Shown here: in pieces, positions 12,452 through 25,415 of the stretch | How positions within the stretch are numbered: position 1 is the stretch's first letter | How the letters are laid out: the number at the start of each line of letters is the position of its first letter | From: Octopus bimaculoides | Lineage: Eukaryota | DNA: 46,156 bases | Assembly: GCF_001194135.2 (NCBI RefSeq) | Contig: NC_068985.1 | Span: 5,573,600-5,619,755, forward strand | Direction of reading: 5' to 3' | Position numbers and translations under genes: made by a program | The notes under the pieces: generated by a model | Told to the model about the DNA's origin: nothing | What the model saw: the letters and a program-made list of their open reading frames with translations, nothing else | Database searches by the model: none

Positions 12452-13215
12452 CGGCGAGATAGCAGAAATGTTGGCGCGCCGGGCGAAATGCTTAGCGGTA
12501 TTTCGTCTGTTGTTACATTCTGAGTTCAAATTCCGCCGAGGTCGATTTTGCCTTTGTCCCCTCTATGTTTATCCCCTTGTGGACAATAAAGAAATAAGAA
12601 ACGTTAGTAAGCCGAGCGAAGTGCATAGCTGTATTTCGTCTGCCGTTACGTTGTGAGTTCAAATTCCGCCAAGGGGCGACTTTGCCTTTCATCCTTTCGG
12701 GGTCGATTAAATAAGTACCAGTTACGCACTGGGGTCGAGGCCTTGTGCTTCCAGTAGAAAGAATTATTTAACCTTCATCAAAGCTGCGGATTGGTAGAAA
12801 CGTTAGCACGTCGGGCGAAATGCTTAGCGGTATTTCGTGTGTTTTTACGTTCTGATTTCAAATTCCGCCGGGATCGACTTTGCCTTTCGTCCTTTCGACG
12901 TCGATAAATTAAATACCAGTTGCGAACTGGGGTCGATCTACTTACTCAAAGAATCAAGTCTTGCGCATAATTTGGCGCCGCCGTTATCGCAATTGTTGTT
13001 ATTATTATTAATATAATAAGAAGATGCAAGCTGGCAGAATCGATAGCACGACCGGAAAATATACTTAGCCCATCCTTACGTTCTGAGTTCAAACTCCGCC
13101 GAGGTCGTCTTTGCTTTTCATCCTTTCGAGATCGATAAAATAAGAACCAGTTGCGGACTGGAGTTAATGTAATCGACGTATCCCCCACCTATGAGAAATT
13201 GCTAGCGATTTGTAG
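12452..13215 (+). mobile_element. Cluster of four SINE family 2 copies (12452, ~12598, ~12785, ~13028)
   Basis: Repeated TGAGTTCAAATTCCGCCGAGGTCGACTTTGCCTTT core, all on the + strand. Confidence 0.8.
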
Positions 13216-13660
13216 CAAAGTTTGAAATCAATACAGGAATGCTGTTGTTCTTATTATTAATGTAAGCGCGTCGAACAAGATGCTTTGCAAAAATTTCACT
13301 GAAGTCAAAAGTACGAGTTAAACACTGACGTCAATGTATTCCACTACCCTCACCCCCCACTACCACGCGCGCGCGCGAGTACATGCATATCAGAATTCCA
13401 GGCCAAAACTTTAAGTACTTGGGTTGATGAACTTAGCCTGTTCCCTCGAGTGGTCACATAGCAGCAGAGAGAGAGAGAGAGAGAGAGAGAGCATGAAAGA
13501 GAAAGAGAGAGAAAGACTGAGGGTGAGAGAGAAAGAGAGGGGAGGGATTTGATCAGAATATATTTCATACTTTTAGATCTCAGCAAATCCGATAGACAAC
13601 AGAAGAAGCAGAAGAAGCAGACATGATAATTTTGGTGGCTGCGTAAACGGGATTTGCTGC

Positions 13661-14555
13661 CAACACTATAGAATCTGAAAGAAATTTAGTCGGAAAACGA
13701 TTGGCATAAAAATTTCAGAGAATTACAATTTCATTACATTGATGGAAGCAGTTGTGTTGGCAATCCGAAAAAGAAAAGTCTGTTTGCCAGACAGTATGCT
13801 CAACTAGTCAAAGAGAATGAATATATATCTCCTGTTAGTTGTACAAAATCATTTGAACGTTTATTTAAATCAGATTGAGAGGGGGGAGGAGAAAGAAAGA
13901 AAAAAAATGATGGAAACATAAGGAACTCGAAATAGCGATATCTCATAAAAACTGGAAGACTACAAGAGGGGGGAAAAACAATACCCGATAATATTAAGTG
14001 TATTAAGAATTATAGAAAGACATGCAGAGAAATATGCAACAAGTTACCAAAAACTGTGCATCATATTGCAAAACAGCTTAAGTTAAAGTCCAGGAAATAA
14101 AAAAAAATATAAAAAATAAACTAAAAGTACCAAAAAAGATAATAATGGAAATGTTTAAGATAGAACACTACTAAAAAGGATAACATGATGGTGATGATGA
14201 TGGTGATGCTAATAATATTGGCCCAAGGCCAGCAATTTTTGTTGGGAGGGTGGATATCGATTATTTCGAATCCAATATTTGATCGATATTTATTCGATAT
14301 TTATTCTATCATCGGTGAAAGGTGAAAAGAAAAGTCGACCGATGTGGAATTTGAATTCAGAATATATCATAACGGAAGAAATACCCTTAAGCATTTTGTC
14401 CGACGCCCTAACAGTTCAGCCAGCTGCACGTCCTGGTTAATTGTCTCTACCATGAGTGAGAGACAAGAAATCCTTGGGTAGGGTTCACCCTATTATATCC
14501 ATACAAGTACTTGCCTGGTCATCTGTTTGATCGACCCGGGAGGAACGGAAGACAA
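13661..14555 (+). repeat. Copy 1 of an ~895-bp direct duplication (copy 2 at 34612-35505)
   Basis: Colinear from CAACACTATAGAATCTG to AGGAACGGAAGACAA, with about 25 differences by manual count (~97% identity). Confidence 0.9.
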
Positions 14556-14749
14556 TCGTTTTGCATCATTTTGCAAAAACAGCTTAGTGCTGTTAATACA
14601 AATACATAATATATTGGCCACGTCTAAGATGCTTAGACATTGACTCCAAGTTATAGCAAACTTAGACAAGAATAAATAAAACAAATGAAATAATGACAAA
14701 ACATCAAAATGATGGTGACTGTGATATGATGCTCATGTCTATTATTATA

Positions 14750-15778
14750 GGCATGAGGCCTGAAATTTTAACGGGAGGGAAATAATTGAGTACATCGGCC
14801 CAGTGTTCAGCTGGTACTTATTCCATCGACCCTGAAAGGATGAAAGGCTGAGTTGCCCACGGTGGAATTTGAGCTCAGAAAGTATAGCTAAAATTACTGC
14901 TAAACATTTTGCCCAGCATAGTAACGATTCTGACAGTTCGTTTCTACTCTAGGCACAAGGCCAGCAATTTTGGGGGAGGGGGACGGTCGACTAGATCGAC
15001 CCAGTATTCAACTGTTACTTATTTTGTCAACCTTGAAGGAACGAAAGCAAAGTCAACCTTGACGGATTTTGAACTTGAAACGTAAGGACGGACGAAATAC
15101 CGCTAAGCATTTTGTTCGGAGTGCTAACTATTCTGCCAGCTCACCTCCTCGGCATTATGATAATAATGATTTCAAATTTTTGCCACAAGGGCAGTTTGGG
15201 GGAGGGGATTAAATCGATTACATCGACCTCGGTGTTTCACCGGTAGTTATTTAATGGATCCCGAAAGGATGAAAGGCAAAGTCGACCTCCGTGGAATTTG
15301 AACTCAGAACGTAGCGACGGGAGAAATATTGTTAAGCATTTCTCCCGGCGTGCTCTAGATTCTTTTCTACTCAAGGCACAACGCCCAAAATTTTTGGGGA
15401 GGGGGGGCCAATCGATTAGATCATCCCAAGTACGCAACTGTTACTAATTTTATCGACCCTTCAAAGGATGAAAGGCAAAATCAACCTCGGTGTAATTTGA
15501 ACTCAGAAAGTAGCGGCGGGCTAAATACCGCTAAGCATTTCGCCCGGCGCGCTAACGATTCTTTTGTACTCTAGGAACAAGACCCGAAATTTTGGAGGAG
15601 GGTGCCAGTCGATTAGATTGACCCAGTCTGCAACTGTTACTAATTTAATCGACCTCCCCACAAAAATGAAAGGCAGAGCCGACCTCGGCGGAATTTGAAC
15701 TCAGAAAGTAGCGGCGGGCTAAATACCGCTGATCATTTCGCCCGTCAGGTTAACGATTCTGCCAGCTCACCGCCTCGG
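14750..15778 (-). mobile_element. Array of five SINE family 2 copies, including a fused trimer at 15172-15778
   Basis: Repeated reverse-complement units AAAGGCAAAGTCGACCTCGGCGGAATTTGAACTCAGAA, abutting each other. Confidence 0.85.
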
Positions 15779-16787
15779 CATAATGATAATAATAATAATA
15801 GCAATTCTTTCTAAGTTTGGCCCAAGACCACTGATTTTGAAGGAAAGGTGTATCAATCACTTGAAGCCCTCTTCTTAATTAATACTTGCTTCATCGTCAC
15901 GTGTTTGTCAACTTGACGGCTTAACCACGCTGCCATTAGTTTTTATCTAGCAGCAGCTTTTTTTTTTCTTTTCTTATTCAATAACAATGTCTTACTTTCT
16001 TCATTGAACTCTTGTATTTAATTACCAACAACTTATCTCCCCCGAGTGTAGATAAAAGAGAAAGTTATATGATTTAAATTCACCGCATCGAGACATCAAA
16101 ATTGTGAAATCGCAAAAAAAGAGAATGCTGCGTTTCAACCACTTTTACTGTCTTCCCTTGTGTCAACAATGGTATCCTATATAAAGGAAGAAGTGTGGAG
16201 GGGGGTGGGAAGAGGTGAAGACAAACATTAAAAGCATCAAGCAAGAAAAGGCAACACTATAATGACAGACGCCACCGTCACCACAACCACCACAACAACA
16301 AGAACTGCGACAGTATTGCCATCATCTTAAATAGCATGAATAGCAACAATCAATTACGAGAATCACTTATAATCGCTCATTGGGTGAAGCAACAACAACG
16401 ACAACAATATCAGCGACAATGACAACAACAACAACAATAACGAGAATGTTATATGTAGGCTACGCTATTCTATTATTCTGGTATCGAAGAATGAAGAGAA
16501 ATGGAATGAATATTCCGGGTGTATTCATTCTATAGTTGTATTACAAAGAACAATGTTGGCAACCATTCCAGCAGCAGTCGGAACTAAACACGCAACGATA
16601 ACTGAAAAATTCATGACTGTCAGATTGATTGTATTTCGGTAAGAATTAGAATGTCTTCAGAAGAAGAAGAATCAATATTACCAAAAATGTTAATCTCGTT
16701 GATTTCTATAATTGTCATCAAAATGAGAATAGTGGCAGAGATGAATGGAAGCAGGCGAATGAAGTACGTAGTTGTCTATCTACATAC

Positions 16788-16835
<48 letters not shown>

Positions 16836-17090
16836 NNNNNNNNNNNNNNNNNNNNNNNNNNNNNNNNNNNNNNNNNNNNNNNNNNNNNNNNNNNNNNNNN
16901 NNNNNNNNNNNNNNNNNNNNNNNNNNNNNNNNNNNNNNNNNNNNNNNNNNNNNNNNNNNNNNNNNNNNNNNNNNNNNNNNNNNNNNNNNNNNNNNNNNNN
17001 NNNNNNNNNNNNNNNNNNNNNNNNNNNNNNNNNNNNNNNNNNNNNNNNNNNNNNNNNNNNNNNNNNNNNNNNNNNNNNNNATATAGCTAG

Positions 17091-17410
17091 GAGCACTCCG
17101 TCGGTTACGACGACAGGGGTCCCAGCTGATACGATCAACAGAACAGCTTACTCGTGAAATTAACGTAAAAGTGGCTGAGCACTCCACAGACAAGTGCACC
17201 CCCAACGTAGTTCTCAGGGAGACTCAGCGTGACACAGAGTGTGACAAGGCTGGCCCTTTGAAATGTAGGTACTACTCAGGTTTGTCAGCTGACTGGACTG
17301 GAGCAACGGGAAATAAAGTGTGTTGCTAAAGGACACAACTCTTCGCCGGGAATTGAACCCACGACCTTACGATAGTAAGTCGAATGCCTTTAACCACTAA
17401 GCCACGCTTC
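17091..17410 (-). mobile_element. SINE family 3b (shared 3' body plus head b)
   Basis: Body CACTCCGTCGGTTACGACGAC...GTGACAAGGCTGGCCCTTTGAAAT is shared with five other copies. tRNA-like head ends at ~17410. Confidence 0.8.
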
Positions 17411-17512
17411 TTTCAGTTTCCGTCTACCAAATCCACTCGCAAGACTTTGGTATGCAACACGGAACCATGAGGTTGGGAAGCAAGCTTCGTACAATTCAGC
17501 TACGCTTGCGCC
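17407..17512 (-). mobile_element. SINE family 1 fragment, internally deleted
   Basis: CTTCTTTCAGTTTCCGTCTACCAAATCCACTC...GGAACCATGAGGTTGGGAAGCAAGC. Confidence 0.65.
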
Positions 17513-17931
17513 TTTAGATGTCTGTCTATATATGATTATATATATGTATGTATTTATGTATGTGTGTGTGCAAGTGTGGAACGTGTGGGATGTGGTTGTG
17601 TGCGTAGAAAAGAGGGAGAGATGGGCGGGGGGAAACGAGGGACTCATTATAATTAAAAGAGAAGGCGGGTGGGAATATAAAGGATAACCGTATGAAGTCT
17701 CTATGTACGTGTGGCGGCGGGGAGGGGGAGCGATAAAAAAAAGGATTGTCTGAGAAGGAATAGATTTAAATGTGTTTAATGCAAGATGGGTAAGACAAGT
17801 ATCAAGAGGAAATACATGCATACATAGTTGTGTGTATGTGTATGTGTGCTTACACCACCGCTTGAAAACCGGTGTTGGTGTGTTTACATCGCAGTAATAA
17901 AGTGGTTTGGCACTTACCGAGCGTTAAACTA

Positions 17932-18230
17932 ATACATCCGCGGAAGATGGGACCGAAACCAGCCGCTCCAAGGACAGCCCCCAAGTAGTGATGGTCTACC
18001 CTATCGAAAGTTTTTGATTGATCCAAATTGATCAGCGCCCCACCCATTCCAGGTTCCTTAACTGCCTTGTCTATGATGTAGCGCTTCAGATAGAGGTTGT
18101 CATGGATACTCCTATCCGGCACCGGCGCACGTTTGCGCCTTGTGAACCAGTTTCTCGATGACAAGCTCCAGCCTCTCTGCTAACGTCTTGGGGCCAACAT
18201 TTTCCAATATTAGAAATGCAGCTTTCAGTC
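17932..18230 (-). pseudogene. Reverse transcriptase fragment of an L1/Tx1-clade non-LTR retrotransposon (frameshifted)
   Basis: Translation ...AERLELVIEKLVHKAQTCA / VPDRSIHDNLYLKRYII...GGALINLDQSKTFDRVDHHYLGAVLGAAGFGPIF matches L1/Tx1 RT motifs (GRSIxDN; LDxxKAFDRVDH; GFG). Confidence 0.85.
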
Positions 18231-18918
18231 AGTCATAAATACTCGCTTTTCGGTTCACCAAAATCTATAAAAGAAGATACTAAGTGGTTCGAACGTTAGC
18301 AAGTCGGGTGGCTCCATACAGAAACTATCAGACCAGTACTGAAATCCGTTTTACTTGCTTACTTATTGTGTTTGTTTCTAGAAGAAATTGTTTCTGTCGG
18401 TTAAATTGCTATCGACACGCCATATTTCCTCACGATGTCCTAACGGATTCACCAGATGCTGAGGGCTAAAGAAATAGAATGCAGTATGGTAATGATGTAT
18501 TTACCCCAGGAGCTTTCGCAAAATTTAAATACGATTATGTCTTTTAATTATTCTGAAGCCTGGAGCCCGATGATCCGGGGTTCCAAGCTATAGATTCTTC
18601 AGCTTATACCTAAACACGGCGCATACACTGTCTCTCCCCCTCTCTCTCCCTCTTCCTCTCTCTTCCCCTACACATATACTCTATCATATAGACAAACACA
18701 TTTTATAAAATGGTAATAGTATCATATACGTAATAAGATATATATAACGTATTGATATACATCGGAAGTGATAAACAGAAATATAGGATTAAGGAAAGAG
18801 AAAGGAAGAAAAGAAATACAGAGAACAACGAAAATAGAAGAAGTTAAGATATCGAACGATAACGAATACAATAAGTCATTGATAACAAACACTACAATAA
18901 CTATTATAATGCATATCC

Positions 18919-18976
<58 letters not shown>

Positions 18977-20114
18977 TAATGTATGTATGCATGTATATAT
19001 ANNNNNNNNNNAGAGAGAGAAAAAAATTAAGGTACTCAGAAATCTGGATGTTTGTACATTTACAGATTTTTATTAATGTCACATATTAAATAAAGCGCTT
19101 TTCACCTAGTCGTGTAGGATTTTCAAATTGTTTTGTATATATATATATACATATATATATTCATGTGGCTGTGTGTTTGAAGAATTGAAATATGTAAAGT
19201 AAAGAAGACAGCAAAATTGAAATACATAAAAACAAATTAGCAGACAATATGGAAGAATGAATTATGGAAGACAAGTGTTTATGATGAATTTCTAATAGAA
19301 ATCTGGATTATGTTAAGATTTTCGAATGATCTGCTAACTTTCTACGTGGCTTTGTATGAAATACTAAATGGAATGGAAAAAAAAATTTAGCGAGTGAAGA
19401 GGAAACAGAAGGTGATTGCCAGATAGTTAGATAGATAGATAAATAGATAGGGAGAGAGAGAGAGAGACAGAGAGAGACGGGTGGGGGAGAAAGAGAAAAG
19501 AGATCGTGAATGATAGTACGCGTGTGCATGTGCGTGTGTTTGTGTGTGAGAGTGAGTGGGTGGATGGCGGGTGGGCTGTAATTGGTGGATTGATTTTCGA
19601 GAAGGAATAAAAGAGAAATGGGGTAACAACGATGGTTAAATCATATTATTAAAATGTTTTTTTTTTGTGTGTGATGAAGATAAAACGAAAGTAAGATGCG
19701 TTTGGCGAAAGAAATAGAAAAACAAAACAAAAAAAAGAACAAAACAAAAAGAATAAAAAACAATGGAAAATAATTCAAAGCACTAAAACGATAAGATGCT
19801 TCTTAATATTATTATGTTACTTGCAGAGGAAAATACTCCTACGACATACATAATATCTTTAAAGAAATATATAAAATTCAATTATCTATGAATTAAGATT
19901 CGCAAATCTCTTCGCGATGGTAAAACTTATTCTTTCGTATGCGGCAACGCAGATACGACGTGAGAAAAGAGTCATCTCTCATCTTGTACTCTTATTTTAA
20001 TGTCTTCTTCGCCATCGTCCATCGACATTAAAAAATATATAAATGGACATTGCCGTCATTCATATTTTCGAAATGCAACGAATTATTATGAACTTTACAT
20101 TCATACATGTTGTT

Positions 20115-20440
20115 GGTACTCCGTCGGTTACGACGACCTGGGTTCCAGTTGATCAGATCAAGGGGACAGCTTTCTCGTGAAATTAACGTGCAAGTGGCTG
20201 ATCACTGCACAGACACGTGTACCCTTAACGTAATTCTCGGGGAGATTCAGCGTGACACTGTGTGACAAGGCTGACCCTTTGAAATACAGGTACAAAAGAA
20301 ACGGGAAGAAAGAGTGAGAGAAATTTGTGGTGAAAAAGTACAACAGGGTTTGCCAGCACCCCCTGCCGGAGCCTCGTGGAGCTTTAGTTTTTTTTGGCTC
20401 AACAAACACTCACAAGGCCCGGTCTGGGAATCAAAACTGA
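20115..20440 (-). mobile_element. SINE family 3a, head cut at the B box by the RTE tail
   Basis: Colinear with the full-length copy at 32730-33098. Confidence 0.8.
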
Positions 20441-20878
20441 CATACATACATACATACATACATACATGATGGCTGTCCACTCGTGATCCAGGAAACCATT
20501 GCTGAACTTCAGGAACATTGTGTACACTAAGACTAACTTATATTCTGCATTTGAGGCTCTGTTCGTGGCTAACGAGCCCAGCTCTTGACAAGAATACACA
20601 ACTGCAAACATTGCAGACCAAGCTTTCTCCATTCACTACACCAGCCGTGCGCTTTCGAGCAGCACGCTAAAGTTTTTCATACAAAATAGTGCTCTCCCAG
20701 AAGTGTCGACCACCTCCTTAATCTGCTTTCTCCATCTGTGGCCATGACAGGCATTGCTCTCCCAGTCAGTGTCCTGCATTTCACATGCCTTTAATGAGGA
20801 CTTAGGACAGTCCTTAAATCGCCGGCTCGATTTCTGCCGGGGTCTCTTTCCATTCACAAGTTCTCCATATAGCATATG
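20441..20878 (-). pseudogene. 3' fragment of an RTE-clade LINE: ORF C-terminus, zinc-finger remnant, (TATG)n tail
   Basis: LYGELVNGKRPRQKSSRRFKDCPKSSLKACEMQDTDWESNACHGHRWRKQIKE resembles the RTE C-terminal motif (LYGEL..GKR..G....R.KD..K..L). It is followed by CNVCSCVFLSRAGLVSH. Confidence 0.8.
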
Positions 20879-21000
20879 CTTATATATGTAATGGAATAGT
20901 TTGTATAAAACATTGTGCGGAATATATTATATGAAATTCGTGAGTAAGGCCGGAACAATGCGAAATAAATCCAAGGCAAATAACAAGAAAACAGGCATAT

Positions 21001-21170
21001 GGGGGGTACATCGATTAGCTTGACCCCCAGTGCTCAACAGGTGCATATCTTATTGAGTCCGAAAGGAAGAAAGGAAAAGTCAATCTCGGCGGAATTTGAA
21101 CTCAGAACTAATACGAAATATCGCTATGCGTTTTGTCCATCGTGCTGACGAGTCTGCCAGCTCGGCGCCG
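21001..21170 (-). mobile_element. SINE family 2, degenerate
   Basis: CTCGGCGGAATTTGAACTCAGAA and CTGCCAGCTCG motifs. Confidence 0.65.
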
Positions 21171-21305
21171 GTGGATTCATACGTAGTCGGGATTATCTTT
21201 TTTGTTCCAGGCAGGAAGACACAAACATACACGCGCTCACGCGCAGACATGCCTGCGCTCGCACACGCGCACACGCACGTACACACACAAACATACACGC
21301 GCGCG

Positions 21306-21354
<49 letters not shown>

Positions 21355-21365
21355 ACGCACACACA

Positions 21366-21409
<44 letters not shown>

Positions 21410-21436
21410 ATTTCTCACCCACACACATATACGCCG

Positions 21437-21585
21437 TACTTCTGTCAGTTTCCGTCTACCATATCCACTCACAAGGCTTTGGTCGGCCTGAGGTTATGGA
21501 AAAATACACTTGACGAAAGTGCCACGTAATGGAACGGAAACTGGAACCATGTGTTTGGGAAGCAGACTTCTTACAACACAACCAC
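21437..21585 (-). mobile_element. SINE family 1 head and body
   Basis: CAGTTTCCGTCTACCATATCCACTCACAAGGCTTTGGTCGGCC...GGAACCATGTG. Confidence 0.7.
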
Positions 21586-22349
21586 TACTACGAAAATATT
21601 TTGTTCGAAAGTGAAAATCGTAGAACTTAAGAAAAATGGTGACAGTTATTATATAACAAGACCCTAATAATATTTCAAGATAGTCCGTTGGCAGACATCT
21701 TGAATTATCATTATTGATAATGGAAGATAAAATGCTTTTGGCCTGGTAGGTATTATGTGTCTTATGAAATGTTGAGTTGAGAACTACAATGGTCGCTTAA
21801 ATAGAAGTTCTTTTGTTGAATTTAAAGTGGTCACGCAATATCTTCTGATCCGGCAGCAATTGACGTTTGTTCCATATGAAGATGACCTCAAACAGGACCA
21901 GTATATACGACCTAATGACGTAAAGAGCACTTGGTAAGTATGAGAAATTAAGTTATAACATTACAGGAAGACGAACAAGGATTAATGATTAAAAGCCGCA
22001 ATGAGTATATATATGATATTCATTGAAAATATGATTGCAGTTTGACTTATATAATCAGATGTTAAGTAGCAACGTTAGAAGTCCACAACTAATTTATCAT
22101 GAAATGCCCCGACAACAACATCAACAACAACAACAACGTCAATAAATACCATCACCTGATAAATTATTTGACAATGATCGAATTCATTCACGCTTGATTA
22201 ATGTATCCCCTTTCACTATCAACATATATTTTACAAAGACACACACACACACACACTCATTCACACACACACGCAGACACACACACACACTCATTGACAC
22301 ACACACACACGCACAAGTACAATCGCACGCGCACACATATTTGTGTCAT

Positions 22350-22446
22350 ATCATCATCATCATCGTTTAACGTCCGCTTTCCATGCTAGCATGGGTTGGA
22401 CGATTTGACCGAGGACTGGTGAACCAGAGGGCTACACCAGGCTCCA
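22350..22446 (-). mobile_element. Probable retroelement 3' end with a (GAT)n tail
   Basis: Minus strand ...TCCAACCCATGCTAGCATGGAAAGCGGACGTTAAACGATGATGATGATGA: a small stem (CCATGCTAGCATGG) plus trinucleotide tail. Single copy in this window. Confidence 0.4.
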
Positions 22447-22520
22447 ATACATATACACACATAAATATACACATATTTTTATACACGTATATGTGGGTGT
22501 GCCTGCACCCGTGTACGTGC

Positions 22521-22555
<35 letters not shown>

Positions 22556-22832
22556 CGTGTGTGTGTGTGTGCGTGTGTGTGTGTGCGTATGTGTGTGTAT
22601 GCATACGTATATAAGTAAGTCACTAGCAAGCCTTAGAAGCCATATGAGACATTATCAGCATTGGAGAGAGCAAAATTGAGACTTTTCTTAGAATGAAACC
22701 GGTCTCGAAAACGGTCTTTTCTCGGTCACAACTCGATTACATGTATGTATGTATGTATATATGTATGTATGCATGTATGTATGTGTAGGTGTATACATTC
22801 ATACATTCACATATATGTACACACACACGCAT

Positions 22833-22881
<49 letters not shown>

Positions 22882-23283
22882 CACATATATACATTATACA
22901 AACGTTTCACGGCTGAGTATACGCAATACGTTATTTCCAACCATTTTATTGTCACTGATTAATCGCTTTGTTAAATAGTTAATATTAGCATCTCGATATC
23001 ACAACAGTGGAACGGAATCGTTTTGATGTCTTACTGCAACTCTAGTCACAGAACATTCTAAAAGACACGACCTCCCCTCCCCTGCCAACGACTCAATCAT
23101 CTTTCATACGCCATTTCCACAAAAGCATTGACTCGGTTGAATTAAAAACTGGTCATTTGGGAACAAAGCATGCTTCACTTGGTCATCGCCGTTATAAGTC
23201 CACCGTTAGTTTTTCCTGACCCAATTTCACAATAATTTCCCCTTTAACATTCTCCTACTTCAAACATTCAAATATATCACACA

Positions 23284-23284
23284 T

Positions 23285-23378
<94 letters not shown>
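23284..23378. repeat. (CA)n microsatellite; many other (CA)/(TA)/(TATG)/(TATC) tracts, e.g. 592-1010, 30305-30660, 43070-43400, 45520-45716
   Basis: Direct reading. Confidence 0.95.
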
Positions 23379-23750
23379 GTATGCTACGACGCACACGCTA
23401 GCGTTGTTGCATTATTCTCATTTCTTATCATTAGACCTCGACCATGCTGGGTTATCGTCCACGGTAAAGAGTTTCCGTTGATTATATCGACTCTATAAAC
23501 ATGTCTAGATAGATGTGGGGATTCTTATTTCAACATTCTAGAAATGCCGAGTGGGTAGAATATTCGCCTGTGAAAGTATCGGGTTTAAAAGCTACGCTGC
23601 TATAAACACACGCACACACACACACAGAACGCACACGCCACCCACTTATGCACATATGAATAAAGAGACCTAGGTTGCCAGATATTTAGCTTCCTCATTT
23701 ACCAAAAACCAACCGCAGAGAGTAGGCTGCGTTGAAGTAACATCGAGGAG

Positions 23751-24063
23751 GAGCACTCCGTCGGTTACGACGACGAGCGTCCCAGCTGACACGACAACGG
23801 AACAGCTTGCTCGCGAAATTAACGTGTAAGTGGCTGAGTACTCCACAGACACGTGTATCCCTAACGTAGTTCTCTGGAAGATTCAGCGTGACACATAGCG
23901 TGATAAGGCCGGCCCTTTGAAATACAGGTACTACTCATTTTTGCCAGCAGAGTGGACTGGAGCACCGTGAAATAAAGTGTCTTGCTCAAGGACACAACCA
24001 TCGCCGGGAAACGAACTCACGCCCTTACGATCGTGAGCCCTAACCACTAAGCTACGCGCCTTC
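23751..24063 (-). mobile_element. SINE family 3b
   Basis: Colinear with 17091-17410. Confidence 0.8.
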
Positions 24064-24130
24064 ACAGAAGTAACATAAAAACAACGTTAATACCGTGGAC
24101 TCAGCATTATTTTTGTGGCTGGGTTCCAAA

Positions 24131-24345
24131 GGCGGCGAGCTGGCAGAATCGTGAGCACGCTGGACGAAATGCTTAGCAGTATTTCGCCCGTCGTTACGTT
24201 CTGAGTTCAAATTCCGCCGAGGTCGACTTTGCCTTTCATCCTTTCGGGATGGATAAATTAAGTACCAGTTCAGTACTGGGGTCGATGTAATCGACTGGTC
24301 ACCTCCCTCAAATTTCAGACCTTGTGCCTATAATAAAAAGGGTTT
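24131..24345 (+). mobile_element. Full-length SINE family 2 with a 14-bp TSD
   Basis: TGGCTGGGTTCCAA at 24116-24129 and 24346-24359. Intact head GGCGGCGAGCTGGCAGAATCG and B box GAGTTCAAATTCC. Confidence 0.9.
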
Positions 24346-24481
24346 TGGCTGGGTTCCAACAACGGCCATGGCAACAAAGTCCACCCGTCACACTTCTCGG
24401 CCCGTTTATTGCCACTAGATACATTCCAGGCCAGTGTCTGGAATGAAATCGTCGATATATACATACATATGTACGATGGAC

Positions 24482-24596
24482 TGCTTACAGTTTCCGTGTA
24501 CAGCAGAAGACACGTGCCGAAATTGCCATGCAGTGGAACTGAACCCGGAACCATGTGATTGTGAAGCAAGCTTCTTACCACGCAGCTACGCCTGCG

Positions 24597-24598
<2 letters not shown>
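24482..24598 (-). mobile_element. SINE family 1 fragment
   Basis: GAACTGAACCCGGAACCATGTGATTGTGAAGCAAGCTTCTTACCACGCAGCTACGCCTGCGCC. Confidence 0.7.
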
Positions 24599-24649
<51 letters not shown>

Positions 24650-25003
24650 CAAGATGGAGGTAGATAGAGATCGATACATTTCGATATCTATAGCAAAAGC
24701 ATCGGACATCTTAGATAATGGCAGAAGACGGAGCAACAGCACACACAGCCGAGGCGTTGGGGGATGCGCCTCTTAACCAGGCAGCCATGACGTTGTGAAG
24801 AACTCTCGCTGTGTAAATGCTGCAAAGAAGCTAATGTTTAAAAGATGACTAATGGTGGAAGGAAGTCGTCTTTCAGATTTCTTTGTGACTATAAAATTAG
24901 ACAGAGATCAAAACGATTCCTCAATAGTAATGCGAAATCGAAATGCTGATATTGGTCTCTTTAACAAAGCATCTGATCTGTGATTTACACACACACGAAC
25001 GCG

Positions 25004-25048
<45 letters not shown>

Positions 25049-25415
25049 TCAAACACACACACACACATACATACACATATACGGATATATAAAGGAATGT
25101 ATGCATAACAAATCGCCACTATAATCACGGACGAAAGATATATATACATATATACACACACACACACATATATGTGTTTATATGTGAGTATATATGTATA
25201 TATATGTGTGTGTATATGTTTCGTTCGTGATTATATGAATATACACATTTATATGAATTCCTATACAAACTACATACACACTTACACACACGTACATGTG
25301 TGCGTATATCAATAATATTTTATTTATAATTTCCTCTTTATATATACATATGTTTGTGTGTACATATGTCTGTGTGTATATGTATATTTATGTATATATA
25401 TATATATATATATAT

